This document shows, one piece after another, positions 20,092 to 29,456 of a stretch of DNA of 64,000 nucleotides. The position numbers and the translations under genes were made by a program. Positions within the stretch are counted from its first letter, which is position 1. Each line of letters begins with the position of its first letter. A model generated the notes under the pieces. The model was not told the origin of the DNA, did not search any database, and was given only the letters and a program-made list of their open reading frames with translations. The stretch spans positions 64,001 through 128,000 of the forward strand of contig JAGVWC010000010.1 in the NCBI GenBank assembly GCA_018304465.1, in the 5' to 3' direction. This DNA comes from Candidatus Iainarchaeum sp. (GTDB lineage: Archaea > Iainarchaeota > Iainarchaeia > Iainarchaeales > JAGVWC01).

Positions 20092-20154
20092 CTACGAGCA
20101 CCCGGCTAAAAACACGGCACCGAGCAGCAAAACCGCGGCTAATGAACGATTCAG
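20092..20154 (-). pseudogene. Lipoprotein signal peptide remnant
   Basis: Reads LNRSLAAVLLLGAVFLAGCS then TAG; lipobox LAGC, no ATG start. Confidence 0.45.
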
Positions 20155-20219
20155 GCATATACAAACACAGGTTCAATTTTTATTCTGTTGGGCTTTTTCT
20201 CTTGTTGGTGAACCCCCAT

Positions 20220-20573
20220 ATGAGCAAATCCAAAAAAACTTCCTCTCCACAAAAACACGAACACGAATCGCAACACCCGGATTACAAGGAATGCCCTGAT
20301 TGCGAAGACTGTCAAGGCTGCGACTGCGAATGCCACCAAGCCGAATCCGATGACTGCCAAGATGACTGCTGCTGCGACACAGGCCCCGGAAAACTCTCGC
20401 CAGAAATGACCAACGCCATGCTCGAAAACACGGCAAGCCAAGTCTGGATAAAACTGTTCATGGACGAATGCGAAAAAGAATGGAAACGCGTGTCCGGAAA
20501 ACAAATCTCCAAAAAAGCAAAAGAAGCCGTTGCCAAAGCCAAAAAAGATTGGGACGAACGCCTCAAACCGTAA
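20220..20573 (+). CDS. Small Cys/Asp/His-rich protein with helical C-terminus
   Basis: CPDCEDCQGCDCECH...CQDDCCC cluster; ATG 20220. Confidence 0.7.
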   Translation: MSKSKKTSSPQKHEHESQHPDYKECPDCEDCQGCDCECHQAESDDCQDDCCCDTGPGKLSPEMTNAMLENTASQVWIKLFMDECEKEWKRVSGKQISKKAKEAVAKAKKDWDERLKP

Positions 20574-20710
20574 TTCCAATCACGTAAAAGCGCCGAACGC
20601 TTTTACGAAAACTTCTTTTTTGACCAGAGCTTTTTCCCGAAACAAAAAAAACCTTTTAAAAGCCGATTCAACCTTCATTCTAGAAAAAACTACCAAGAGG
20701 GATTCAACCA

Positions 20711-21579
20711 ATGGAAACAACCAGCAAAACCAACAATTCTTGGCTCGTTCCCCTGGGTGTCATCGCCATCGCATTCGTATTGGTCGCCGGCGTCACGATG
20801 TGGCTGCCCAAAACCAATGCACCAGACACAACAAACTTTAATGGTGCCGTGGCCGTGATTCCAGGCGCGTACGCCAAAGGCATCAACACGACTTCCACCG
20901 GAAACGCCGCAAACTTTCCAAGCGACGGCATCCGACTCGCCGCCGACGACGCGGAAAACTCCAAACGACTCATTTCCGTCACCGGAAAAGTCATCAAAAA
21001 CGTTTCACCCGACCAAGCGATTCTCGTGCTGGCCGTCGAAACCACAAATAAAAGCGCAAGCCAAAGCCAATCCGAAAACGCGCAAAAAACAACCGATGTC
21101 ATCAACGCGTTAAAAACCGCCGGAGTACCGGAAAAAGACATCAAAACCGTTGGATACACGCTCAACGAACAATGGGAATGGAATCGAACAACCGAAAAAT
21201 CCGAATCCACGGGATACGTCACGACCAACCGCATTCAGATCACCTTGCACGACTTGACTACCACCGGAAAAGTCATTGACGCGGCCGCACAAGCCGGCGC
21301 CAACCGCATTGATTCGGTTTCGTTCTCGCTTTCGCAAGCCAAAGAAGACCAACTCCGCGTCGAAGCGCTTTTTGAAGCCGCGCAAAACGCAAAAACCCGC
21401 GCGCAAAGCATCGCGACCGGACTTGGAATAAACCTTGGAACCGTTCACTCGGCCAGCGAAAACGCGGATTACTCGATTCCGTACTACTACAAAAACGAAA
21501 CCATGGCCCGAGAACACCGATCATTTCGGGAGACGTGGAATACACGGCAACCGTCAGTGTACAATTCGAAATCCAGTAA
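20711..21579 (+). CDS. SIMPL (DUF541) domain protein, frameshifted near its 3' end
   Basis: ISVTG......PDQA, G.....IKT..Y.L, AGANRIDSVSFSLS; normal ending TPIISGDVEYTATVSVQFEIQ* is in another frame after about 21510. Confidence 0.85.
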
Positions 21580-21630
21580 ACCCAAACAAGCGGCTTTGAA
21601 AAACCAAAGCCGTTTCTTTTTTATTTTTTT

Positions 21631-22398
21631 TTAAGCGCTTGGAACACCGAAATACGCGCCAACCAAAAAACCCGCAAACGCGGCCAGCAATCCAACCACC
21701 AGAATTTCCAAACCGCTTTTCCACATGTCTTGCGCCGTCAGTTTTCCCTTGACCGCACCCATAATAAACAACGCCAATCCCGCCAAACCAAGGCTTAGCA
21801 TCATCGCTTGGGCAATCGAAATCGACGGAACCAAAAAAAACGGGACCAACGGAACGAACGATCCCACAATCGCCGACAACCCCACGATAAAACCCTGCTT
21901 GACCGGATCATGCGCTTCCTGTGACAAATGCAATTCATCCACCATCATGGTATCCGCCCACACGTTTTTGTCCGACGTGATTTTTTCGACGACATCGTCC
22001 AGCAGTTTTCCCGAAAAACCCTTTTTTTCGTAAATCGATCGGATCTCCTGTTTTTCGATTTCGGGAATCACTTCAATCTCGTGCAATTCTTGCTGTCGCT
22101 GACGATCGAAAAAATCCGCGGAAGATTTCGAAGACGTGTACGCCACCGCGGCCATGGAAATGCTTTCGGCAAACGTCGCGGCCAACCCGGCCAAAATTGT
22201 GATCGGCGCGCTTTGAGTCCCCATCGCCACTCCGAGCACGATGCCCGACACATTCACGACGCCGTCTTGACAACCCAAAATAAACTCGCGTAACCAGGAC
22301 CCCGCTTCGATGTCATGGTTTTCTTTATGCCATTTTTCGGCTTCCGCCGCCGTCATTTTGATTTTTGTTGCCTGAGATTCCAACGCCATACTTTTCAA
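21631..22398 (-). CDS. VIT1/CCC1 family Fe/Mn transporter
   Basis: LREFILG.QDG.V, AGLA...AESISMA..AY.S, E...E.QE...IY..KG, VGSFVPLVPF. Confidence 0.92.
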   Translation of the reverse strand: MKSMALESQATKIKMTAAEAEKWHKENHDIEAGSWLREFILGCQDGVVNVSGIVLGVAMGTQSAPITILAGLAATFAESISMAAVAYTSSKSSADFFDRQRQQELHEIEVIPEIEKQEIRSIYEKKGFSGKLLDDVVEKITSDKNVWADTMMVDELHLSQEAHDPVKQGFIVGLSAIVGSFVPLVPFFLVPSISIAQAMMLSLGLAGLALFIMGAVKGKLTAQDMWKSGLEILVVGLLAAFAGFLVGAYFGVPSA

Positions 22399-22458
22399 AC
22401 AACCGAATGATTTAAAATCCCAATAACAATACTAAGAATACCAGCGAGGGAATACGAC

Positions 22459-23190
22459 ATGGTGGAACGAATTCCGTTAGGAATCAAAAACTTCGATCGA
22501 TTGGTGGAAGGCGGATTGCCCAAAGGAAGCGCCACCCTGATCGCCGGAACCCCCGGAACCGGAAAAAGCATTTTTTGCTTACAGGCACTTTACTATAACG
22601 CCATGAAAGGACGCACCTGTTTATACGTTTCTTTCGAACAAAGCGCCGAAGAAATCAAGGAACAAATGCGCCAATTCGGATGGGAATTCGAAAAATCCCA
22701 ACCGCATTTCAAACTGCTGGCCACCGATTACAACGACCCCACGTTTTTCACGCAACTGATGACCGAAGTCAAAGTCCGAAAATTCGACATGATCGCGATC
22801 GATTCCCTTGCCTCCGTCATCATTGACCCGTTCGAAGTATTCGGTTCCCCCGACTTTGGAATGGCCAAACTCCTCAAAGCGGGAAACATTCTTCCGATGG
22901 ACATGTCCACCTTGGGCCGCTTGAAAGTCAAAAAAATCATTGAACTCGTCAAAGCCAGCGGCGCCACCACGTTGCTTGTCGGCGAAGTCGTCAAAGACCA
23001 AACCGGACGCAGTATGTCACGCGACCAGGTATCCGACTTTTTATCCGACGCCGTCATACTGCTCCAGCACAACCCCACGGCAGGCGCCACCAACCGGACA
23101 CTCACGCTCGAAAAAATGCGCTTAACCAGCATCGACGACTTGATTCATCCGATGCAAATCACGCAAAACGGAATCGAAATCAAGGGATAA
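22459..23190 (+). CDS. KaiC/RAD55-like RecA-family ATPase
   Basis: GI..FD.L.EGGLP, GTPGTGKS, YVSFEQ, AIDSL, L.D.VI.L, KMR.T. Confidence 0.9.
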   Translation: MVERIPLGIKNFDRLVEGGLPKGSATLIAGTPGTGKSIFCLQALYYNAMKGRTCLYVSFEQSAEEIKEQMRQFGWEFEKSQPHFKLLATDYNDPTFFTQLMTEVKVRKFDMIAIDSLASVIIDPFEVFGSPDFGMAKLLKAGNILPMDMSTLGRLKVKKIIELVKASGATTLLVGEVVKDQTGRSMSRDQVSDFLSDAVILLQHNPTAGATNRTLTLEKMRLTSIDDLIHPMQITQNGIEIKG

Positions 23191-23231
23191 CACCACCGAA
23201 ATTAAAACCCCTTTGTCCGGACAAACTCCTT

Positions 23232-23807
23232 ATGCCGCTTGCTTTAAGACTGGAAACGTACCTCGCGAAAAAAAAACTCACGGCAGTGGAAAAAATCAGC
23301 CGCGGATTTAGTGCCGAAATCTATCTGGTCCAAACCCAAACTGGAAAAAAACGCGCCCTTAAAATCGAACGCGACGACTCGCCGCGACGCGACTTCATTT
23401 ACAAAGAAAGCGAATACCTCAAAATGGCCAACCACGTTCAGGTAGGTCCAAAATTAATCGACGCGGATTATGAAAACCGCGTGGTCCTCATGACATTCGT
23501 GGACGGAATTCCTTTTGGCAAGTGGGCCTTGGAAAAAACCACCACCAAAACCAAACTCAACCGGTGCATCCAATCGCTTTTGAAACAAGCCGACCAATTG
23601 GACCGGATCGGACTCGACCACGGACAACTCGCGGGAAAAGGAAAAAACATTCTGGTGACCAAAACAGGACAACCCGTCATCATTGATTTTGAAAAAGCCT
23701 CACCGGTCCGAAAACCGCATAACCGCGGACAAATTGAAAGCTTTTTATTCAAAAATCCCCATTCTTTCTTGGTCAAAACCGTGAAAGAAAAAACAGGCCG
23801 TGAATGA
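23232..23807 (+). CDS. Archaeal RIO-like Ser/Thr protein kinase
   Basis: RG.SA..Y, ALKIER.DS, VGPKL, LD.IGLDHGQL, VIIDFEKAS. Confidence 0.8.
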   Translation: MPLALRLETYLAKKKLTAVEKISRGFSAEIYLVQTQTGKKRALKIERDDSPRRDFIYKESEYLKMANHVQVGPKLIDADYENRVVLMTFVDGIPFGKWALEKTTTKTKLNRCIQSLLKQADQLDRIGLDHGQLAGKGKNILVTKTGQPVIIDFEKASPVRKPHNRGQIESFLFKNPHSFLVKTVKEKTGRE

Positions 23808-24514
23808 AAATGCCCCAGCGCTTACGAAAAATCGCCGCCAAAGTAAAAAAAATCGTTTCCACCGCGGTCAAAACACAACGCTTAAAATCCAGGCTTAACC
23901 GCGAAATTCGCGCCCTGCAATCAAACCGCAGGACCCATGAAAAAAGAGTCCTTGGCGACATGAACCAGCGCGTCCAACTTATTCACAAAATAAAAAACAC
24001 AGAACCCGGTTTAAAACAGGAAAAATTACGCCGCCGTTTACGAGAAGTATTAACTCAATCGAACCCCGAACACGAAATCGAAAAAATAAACGAGCACTTG
24101 GCCAAAACCGAATCGCAACGCCGAAGACTCAAAAGCGTTTTGCGCGAAAAAAGATTCGGAGGACATCCAAGACGCGATATTCGAGTGCTCAAAGACCGGT
24201 TTCGCACGCGACCCCGGCTTGTTGGCGAACAACTGCGACTCGCGCGGCGCAGGGAAGAATTAAAAGCATGGGAAAAACTTTACCAAGCCCTGCGGGAAGG
24301 CGACATCCAAACGGTTCAAATGCAAAAAACCCAAGAAACGCAAACACGGCAGTCCGAAGAAAAAAAAGGCCGAAGACTCCTCAGTCAATTGGCCGCAAAG
24401 ATGCAAGCCGACATGGCCAGCAAACAGGTGGACGCCCAAACCCAACGAATAATCATTTCAAGGCGCCTCGCCGAATTACGCGTTGCAATTCAAAGAAAAA
24501 AAAGAAAAAAGTGA
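23804..24514 (+). CDS. Highly basic coiled-coil orphan protein
   Basis: 236 aa Arg/Lys-rich; start overlaps kinase stop. Confidence 0.6.
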   Translation: MKMPQRLRKIAAKVKKIVSTAVKTQRLKSRLNREIRALQSNRRTHEKRVLGDMNQRVQLIHKIKNTEPGLKQEKLRRRLREVLTQSNPEHEIEKINEHLAKTESQRRRLKSVLREKRFGGHPRRDIRVLKDRFRTRPRLVGEQLRLARRREELKAWEKLYQALREGDIQTVQMQKTQETQTRQSEEKKGRRLLSQLAAKMQADMASKQVDAQTQRIIISRRLAELRVAIQRKKRKK

Positions 24515-24520
24515 CCGTTT

Positions 24521-24958
24521 TTATTTTCTGAATTTCCGGTCGACTTCGTTGATCAAAACATCACACGCGGCTTTCACGGCTTCCAGCTGCAGGATGATCC
24601 GCTTTCGCTCGTTTTCAATGTCAAGAACGTTTTCGTAGGTTTCGATCGCTTCGCGAAACATTCCACCGTCGACATATGAATACGGATGCTCGTTCATTTT
24701 GGACGTGGTCCGTTCAATCATTTTTCCAAGCCAAATATTCATTTCGTCTTTGACTTGTCCTTTGATTTGTTTTCCCGAATCCAGGTACTTTCGCATCTGG
24801 TTGACCACGGTTGCGCGGGGAAACGGAAGTTTGTCCTCGGGTAATTCCTCGGGAGACGCTTCCACCGATTCGACGGTTTGGCCTACTTCTTCGCTTTCAG
24901 CGGCGTTTTCGGCCGTTTGAACCGCGACTCCATTTGATTTTGCTTCTTTTGCCAACAT
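24521..24958 (-). CDS. Histone-fold protein with acidic N-terminal tail and C-terminal helix
   Basis: LPFPRATVVN.MRK.L...KQI...VK..MN.WL.....R.......Y.YVD...F..AI; GGTGA RBS before ATG 24958. Confidence 0.7.
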   Translation of the reverse strand: MLAKEAKSNGVAVQTAENAAESEEVGQTVESVEASPEELPEDKLPFPRATVVNQMRKYLDSGKQIKGQVKDEMNIWLGKMIERTTSKMNEHPYSYVDGGMFREAIETYENVLDIENERKRIILQLEAVKAACDVLINEVDRKFRK

Positions 24959-25084
24959 ATCACCTTCAAGAAAAACGCATACAAGTAGCATTTTTATATA
25001 CAAAACAAGTGTTACATTCACAATTTAAAGGTGTCGGAGCCCCAAAAAGGCCCTTCCTTTATAAAGAAAAAGGAATTGGAGAAA

Positions 25085-25834
25085 TTATCTCCAATCCTGC
25101 GGAATCGCATATACCGGCAAAAACGTCTTATTCACGTTCGAATCCGGCCAAAACGATTCAATCCGCACATCATCATTTACCGGAAACCAAATGGTTTTGG
25201 TTTCATTCGCGTCCAAATACACGTCTCCGATCAACGGATGCCTAAAAATCAATCCGCCTTCGGCCACGTTAAACGTCCGCACTTTGAGGGTCAACACCAA
25301 AATGCTTCCTTTCGGAACCTGCACTTGCAACGGATAAAACTCCGAATCATCCGCTTGCACGGTTCGCGCCGTGGTTCTGGATCCCGATGGCGGACGCGCC
25401 CACCTTTTTTCCGTCAACACGAACGAAACAAATTCGTTTCCATCCACCGTCACCTGTTGAGACGCGGATTCGAACACAGAATCGTTTTGGTCGCCCACCA
25501 AAACATTCACGTCCAAAAACGCAAAATCCGAAAACAAACCAAACCCGTTTTGATCCGTTACCAGTTGAGCAATTTCTTGGGAATCATTGGCATCCAACAG
25601 GCGAACCAAAGCACCAGTAACCGGAGATTGGTTTTCGTCCACGACCCGCACCGAAACAAAACCCGTTAACGAAACGTTTTGATCCTGATTTTGATCCACC
25701 GGCACGTTAACATCCGGATTTCCCGGCGAATTCGAATCCGAATTCAAATCATCAGGGTTCTGCGGATTCTGCGACTGGGTACACCCAAGCAACAGCAATA
25801 CAATCGCCGCCAAAGCAAGCCATTTCAAATTCAT
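25085..25834 (-). CDS. Lipoprotein with Ig-like (carboxypeptidase regulatory-like) and possible cupredoxin-like domains
   Basis: Lipobox LLLGC, N/P/D linker, V.VVDE...PV.GALV.L...TD.NG. Confidence 0.7.
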   Translation of the reverse strand: MNLKWLALAAIVLLLLGCTQSQNPQNPDDLNSDSNSPGNPDVNVPVDQNQDQNVSLTGFVSVRVVDENQSPVTGALVRLLDANDSQEIAQLVTDQNGFGLFSDFAFLDVNVLVGDQNDSVFESASQQVTVDGNEFVSFVLTEKRWARPPSGSRTTARTVQADDSEFYPLQVQVPKGSILVLTLKVRTFNVAEGGLIFRHPLIGDVYLDANETKTIWFPVNDDVRIESFWPDSNVNKTFLPVYAIPQDWR

Positions 25835-25910
25835 TTTCTATTCCTCCGTTATGCAGACAAAAATTTCTTTCGGCAAATCCTTTTTTAACCAAACGAAATT
25901 GAAAACAATT

Positions 25911-25975
25911 GGCCTCAGTTCGCCCATCTCTCCTCACCCCTTGCGGTCAGAGTCATCGTCAGTTCGTCATCGGCC
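25911..25975 (-). ncRNA. Box C/D-type small RNA
   Basis: GGCC-G-ATGACGA(C)-13 nt-CTGA(D')-CCGCAAGGGG-TGAGGA(C')-12 nt-CTGA(D)-GGCC; terminal stem; TTAAAAA box 29 nt upstream. Confidence 0.7.
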
Positions 25976-26202
25976 ATCAGAATAACTGGATAAAAGGTTT
26001 TTAACTGGGCGAGAAGCGGTGTTAGCGCTGGAATCGTGCCGCCCAAAAACAAGCAATTTCAATCATTTTTACCGCCCAAAGCCACCCCTGTTTCAAAATA
26101 AACCTATATTATTGATTTAATGGCTAATTTAATGGCCTTTGTTGATTTTAATTTGCCGCCCAAATGCATACAAATAAATACTATTTCGCGCATATTCTTC
26201 GT

Positions 26203-27156
26203 ATGAGTTATCTGGAAATAAAAAGACGCAATAATGAACGGTACGCGTATTTTGTCAAGAAATGGTCGCTTCAAGGAAAACGCTTTGTGTTGCGACGGTA
26301 TATCGGGAAAGCGACCAGCATGGTTTCCAAAGAGAGTTTTCTATCTAAAAACATGGGCTCATTGGTCGATGAAGAACTCAATTTACGAAAACCGATTTGG
26401 GAAAAAGCAATTTCCATATCGCATGATCCAAGGCAAATCGAGAAAGTCGAAAAAAAAGCGGTCCTGTTAAACGACCTTGTTGACGCTCAAAACGCTCAGC
26501 AACTTGTACGGGCGGAATTCGCCAAGGAATTCATTTATAATTCGAATAACATCGAGGGATCGCGTATACCAAAAGAAAAACTGGTTGAATTGTTCGAAAA
26601 AGGAACAACGTCCTACAAAAACCAAAATGAAGTGACCGAAGTAACGAATTCAATTCGGACTTTCGAGTACTTGGAAAACGATTTTGCATTCACGCTCAAA
26701 AACATCAAGCGTCTTTATTCGATTCTTACGAAAGGACTGTATCTGGAAAATCAAAACCCGTACCCGCGCGGATTCAAAAAAATCGAAATCGTGGTCGGTG
26801 AATCCAGAACCACTGCGCCTGAAGACGTTGAAGAGGAACTCAAAACCCTATTGGCCTGGAACAAAGCAAACGCCAAAACAATGTATCCCCCGCAACGCGC
26901 ATTCGAATTCCACGCACGCTATGAGCACATCCATCCATTCCAAGACGCCAACGGCCGAACCGGAAGACTTCTCCTGAACAAAATCCTGCTGCAAAACAAC
27001 TATCCGCCGATCATTGTCTATAAAGACAACAAGACGGCCTATTTCAATTCCATCAAGGAAACACAAGAAGGAAACAAAAGCAAATACTATCAATTCATGC
27101 TCGAACAAACCGAGAAGACCTACGACCAAATGATCGGCATCCTGAAAAAATACTAA
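26203..27156 (+). CDS. Fic family protein
   Basis: HPFQDANGRTGR catalytic motif and SNNIEG inhibitory motif. Confidence 0.92.
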   Translation: MSYLEIKRRNNERYAYFVKKWSLQGKRFVLRRYIGKATSMVSKESFLSKNMGSLVDEELNLRKPIWEKAISISHDPRQIEKVEKKAVLLNDLVDAQNAQQLVRAEFAKEFIYNSNNIEGSRIPKEKLVELFEKGTTSYKNQNEVTEVTNSIRTFEYLENDFAFTLKNIKRLYSILTKGLYLENQNPYPRGFKKIEIVVGESRTTAPEDVEEELKTLLAWNKANAKTMYPPQRAFEFHARYEHIHPFQDANGRTGRLLLNKILLQNNYPPIIVYKDNKTAYFNSIKETQEGNKSKYYQFMLEQTEKTYDQMIGILKKY

Positions 27157-27162
27157 AAAGAG

Positions 27163-27206
27163 ATTATCAGAAGTAGATAGCGGTAATAGTCAGTTCGTCA
27201 TCGGCC
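27163..27206 (-). repeat. Island repeat copy (core plus TTANC-N13-GATAA arm)
   Basis: GGCCGATGACGAACTGACTATTACCGCTATCTACTTCTGATAAT. Confidence 0.85.
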
Positions 27207-27277
27207 AACAAAGACGTGCAGGCAGGATTGTTTAAACAGAATTAAATTCCTAATTTCCCCTATCGAATATTGTCTCG

Positions 27278-27670
27278 TTAAATCGACTCTTGTTCGACAC
27301 CAGCATTCATTCGCCATTTGTATAAGGCTAATCCAAGTAGGTATGGCACTCCAAGAGCCCCATAATACAATCCGGCCACTTGCCATAACCCGTAATAGAA
27401 CTCCAATGTACGCGCAATGGCAATTCCTTGCGTGAGAATTACACTGATTCCAAATACAACGGAAAAAACAATTCCGACCCACTTGAAAACTTCCGATAGT
27501 TTTTCAGCAGACGGCGGCCTCCCTTTGCTTTTTACCCCCGCATGAAAAAAGCCGATGGTGATTAATGGCGCGGGAACAAGCAGCACAGCAGAATTCATCC
27601 ACACCTGAAAAGGAGGAAGAATCAAGAAAAATAATTCCGCAACAATAAGCACCACAAGTTCTTGTTTCAT
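27278..27670 (-). CDS. Hypothetical membrane protein (4 TM)
   Basis: Hydrophobic ORF with GGTGA RBS, downstream of MNT. Confidence 0.65.
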   Translation of the reverse strand: MKQELVVLIVAELFFLILPPFQVWMNSAVLLVPAPLITIGFFHAGVKSKGRPPSAEKLSEVFKWVGIVFSVVFGISVILTQGIAIARTLEFYYGLWQVAGLYYGALGVPYLLGLALYKWRMNAGVEQESI

Positions 27671-27682
27671 GTTTGGGTCACC

Positions 27683-28012
27683 CTATGCTATCTTGGTCCC
27701 CGTGTCGAGGGCTGTTTTGACGATTCCGAGCTGGGTTTTTCGTTGCTCGATTTCTTTTGGAGTGTAGCAAAAAGGCTCGATGTCTTGGCCGATGGGTTCG
27801 GTGGATAATTGCAGTATTTGGTCGATTCGGTTTCGAAAGGTTATTCCTTCGAATTGATTAGAGATAATCAGGATATCCCAGTCGCTGTCGTTGCGTTCTT
27901 CTCCTCTGGCTCTCGAACCGAATAGAATGATTTGTGCCGGAAGAAACCGTTGTTTGATTCGAGCCACCAGTTTTTGGACTGGTTCGCTTATTCTAATTTT
28001 TTTTCCAACCAT
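27683..28012 (-). CDS. Minimal nucleotidyltransferase (MNT antitoxin)
   Basis: IILFGSRARG....DSDWDILII...YTP.E. Confidence 0.9.
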   Translation of the reverse strand: MVGKKIRISEPVQKLVARIKQRFLPAQIILFGSRARGEERNDSDWDILIISNQFEGITFRNRIDQILQLSTEPIGQDIEPFCYTPKEIEQRKTQLGIVKTALDTGTKIA

Positions 28013-28368
28013 GTAATCAACTCTTTGGCGTCCATCAAAATTTCTTTGGTGATTTTTTCGTCGTAAGTTTTGGCGGGCAAATCGCCAGCCGCATCAGGAT
28101 AGCGGCTGATGATGAAATCACGGGATAGTTTGCGCGCTTTGGAAAGAAGGTTTTCGGGGACTCCGATGAGTTCTCCGAGTTCGCGCAAGTTATGAAGGTT
28201 TGGCGGGCTTTGGTTTTTTTGGAACATGAAAACGGCTTTCATGGCTTTTTCGACAGCTTGCTGGCAGAGAAAAGCGCAGACATAATAGTATTTGGTTTTG
28301 TAGTTGGATTCCGCAGCCTGCAGGTCGATTTGGGCTTGTTCCATCCATATTTCGATTTCCCGACGCAT
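27988..28368 (-). CDS. HEPN domain protein
   Basis: W..QA..DL..A, F.CQQAVEKA.KA, HNL..L, SRYPD. Confidence 0.9.
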   Translation of the reverse strand: MRREIEIWMEQAQIDLQAAESNYKTKYYYVCAFLCQQAVEKAMKAVFMFQKNQSPPNLHNLRELGELIGVPENLLSKARKLSRDFIISRYPDAAGDLPAKTYDEKITKEILMDAKELITWLEKKLE

Positions 28369-28427
28369 ACAAGAGTTCTCGTTTAAAGTTGTTTTAAACC
28401 TTTGGAAAAAGATATGACACTGACTAC

Positions 28428-28455
28428 TTCACGGTCATTGTGAGTTGAACATCAA
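28428..28455 (-). repeat. Degenerate island repeat copy
   Basis: GTTGATGTTCAACTCACAATGACCGTGA vs GCCGATGACGAACTGACGATGACTCTGA (about 19/28 by eye), at a module boundary. Confidence 0.4.
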
Positions 28456-28560
28456 CACCCGTTATTGGTGTTACTCACTTTCATGGGCAAAACTTGCCAA
28501 TAACAAAACAATCATGCGGCGAAGTGGTTAAAATTCGGTCGCTAAACCGAGAGTGGCGGT

Positions 28561-29136
28561 TCATTCCCTGTGTTTGAACACTAGCCCGTAGTGGTGCGGG
28601 GGTAAATCGTATTTTTTGTGGAGTGTTAGCCCTGCTTTTTTTGCCCATTGTATTATTTGTTCTGGTTTTGGTCGGATTTGCATTGGTGGGCCTCTTGGCG
28701 TGGTGGGGTCGTAATTCCAGTGTATTACTGCAACAGTTCCGTTTGGGTTCAGTATTCTGCTGGCTTCGACTAGCAAGCCAACGGGGTTTTCGCCGTGCAG
28801 GATGTTGAATAGTAAGACATGCTGGACTGAATTGTCTTTGAGGCCAGTGCCGTTTCTTGAAACATCTCTTTTGAGCGTTTTAATGTTTTTCAGGTTTTTT
28901 TGTCTTGCTTGCGCTTTTAGGCGTTCAATCATTTCTGGGTCTATCTCGATTGCGAACACCGTTTCCTTAGTTCTTCTTGCTGCTGGAATGGTGAAGGTTC
29001 CATAGCCACTTCCGACATCGACTATGTGGCCTTCTTTTACCCCCAAAGTTTCAAGTATTTTTCGGGGTTTGAAGAATTTTTTCCAATGGTGTTCTTGCGG
29101 CATTCCGCTTTCTCTATACTTTGGGATTATGATCAC
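28561..29136 (-). CDS. Class I SAM-dependent methyltransferase
   Basis: VDVGSGYGTF, FAIEID, LFNILHGE, IHW....TPRGP. Confidence 0.88.
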   Translation of the reverse strand: MIIIPKYRESGMPQEHHWKKFFKPRKILETLGVKEGHIVDVGSGYGTFTIPAARRTKETVFAIEIDPEMIERLKAQARQKNLKNIKTLKRDVSRNGTGLKDNSVQHVLLFNILHGENPVGLLVEASRILNPNGTVAVIHWNYDPTTPRGPPMQIRPKPEQIIQWAKKAGLTLHKKYDLPPHHYGLVFKHRE

Positions 29137-29456
29137 CCGACTGTGAGTATTTTGTCTGAGTCTTCAACCAGATTAAGCAAATCTTTCATTGTTGAAATCG
29201 GGCAGACATTGCTTCCTTCCTTGTGCCTTGACTGGAGGCAGGTGCCGCAGGCCAATATTTTGCCCTTGTTCTGGATGAATGCGGTAATTTGTTCTTTCAC
29301 ACCATATTTTTCGTTTTCGGTATCTTCGGCTTCAACGCCCTCGTTTATGAGAAAAACCGTTACGCCATGATTTGCTTTGAGGGCAGTCACTCCGAACCTG
29401 AACGCGTTCCAGGCTTTTTCAGGTTCTTTAGTGCTTAAAACAATGCCAACTTTCAT
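29133..29456 (-). CDS. DsrE family protein
   Basis: EPEKAWNAFRF, VFL..EGVE, ILACGTCL..R, CPISTM.DL. Confidence 0.88.
   Translation of the reverse strand: MKVGIVLSTKEPEKAWNAFRFGVTALKANHGVTVFLINEGVEAEDTENEKYGVKEQITAFIQNKGKILACGTCLQSRHKEGSNVCPISTMKDLLNLVEDSDKILTVG

Noticed and set aside
20011-20160. Possible SRP or RNase P RNA in this GC-rich gap
   Set aside because: No conserved SRP helix 8 or RNase P motifs; explained better as coding remnants
22459-23190. KaiC-like ATPases as a circadian clock
   Set aside because: Single-domain RecA-family ATPases without kaiB; common in archaea
26112-26152. Short ATTTAATGGC direct repeats upstream of fic
   Set aside because: Only two 10-bp AT-rich copies; insufficient to call an operator or iteron
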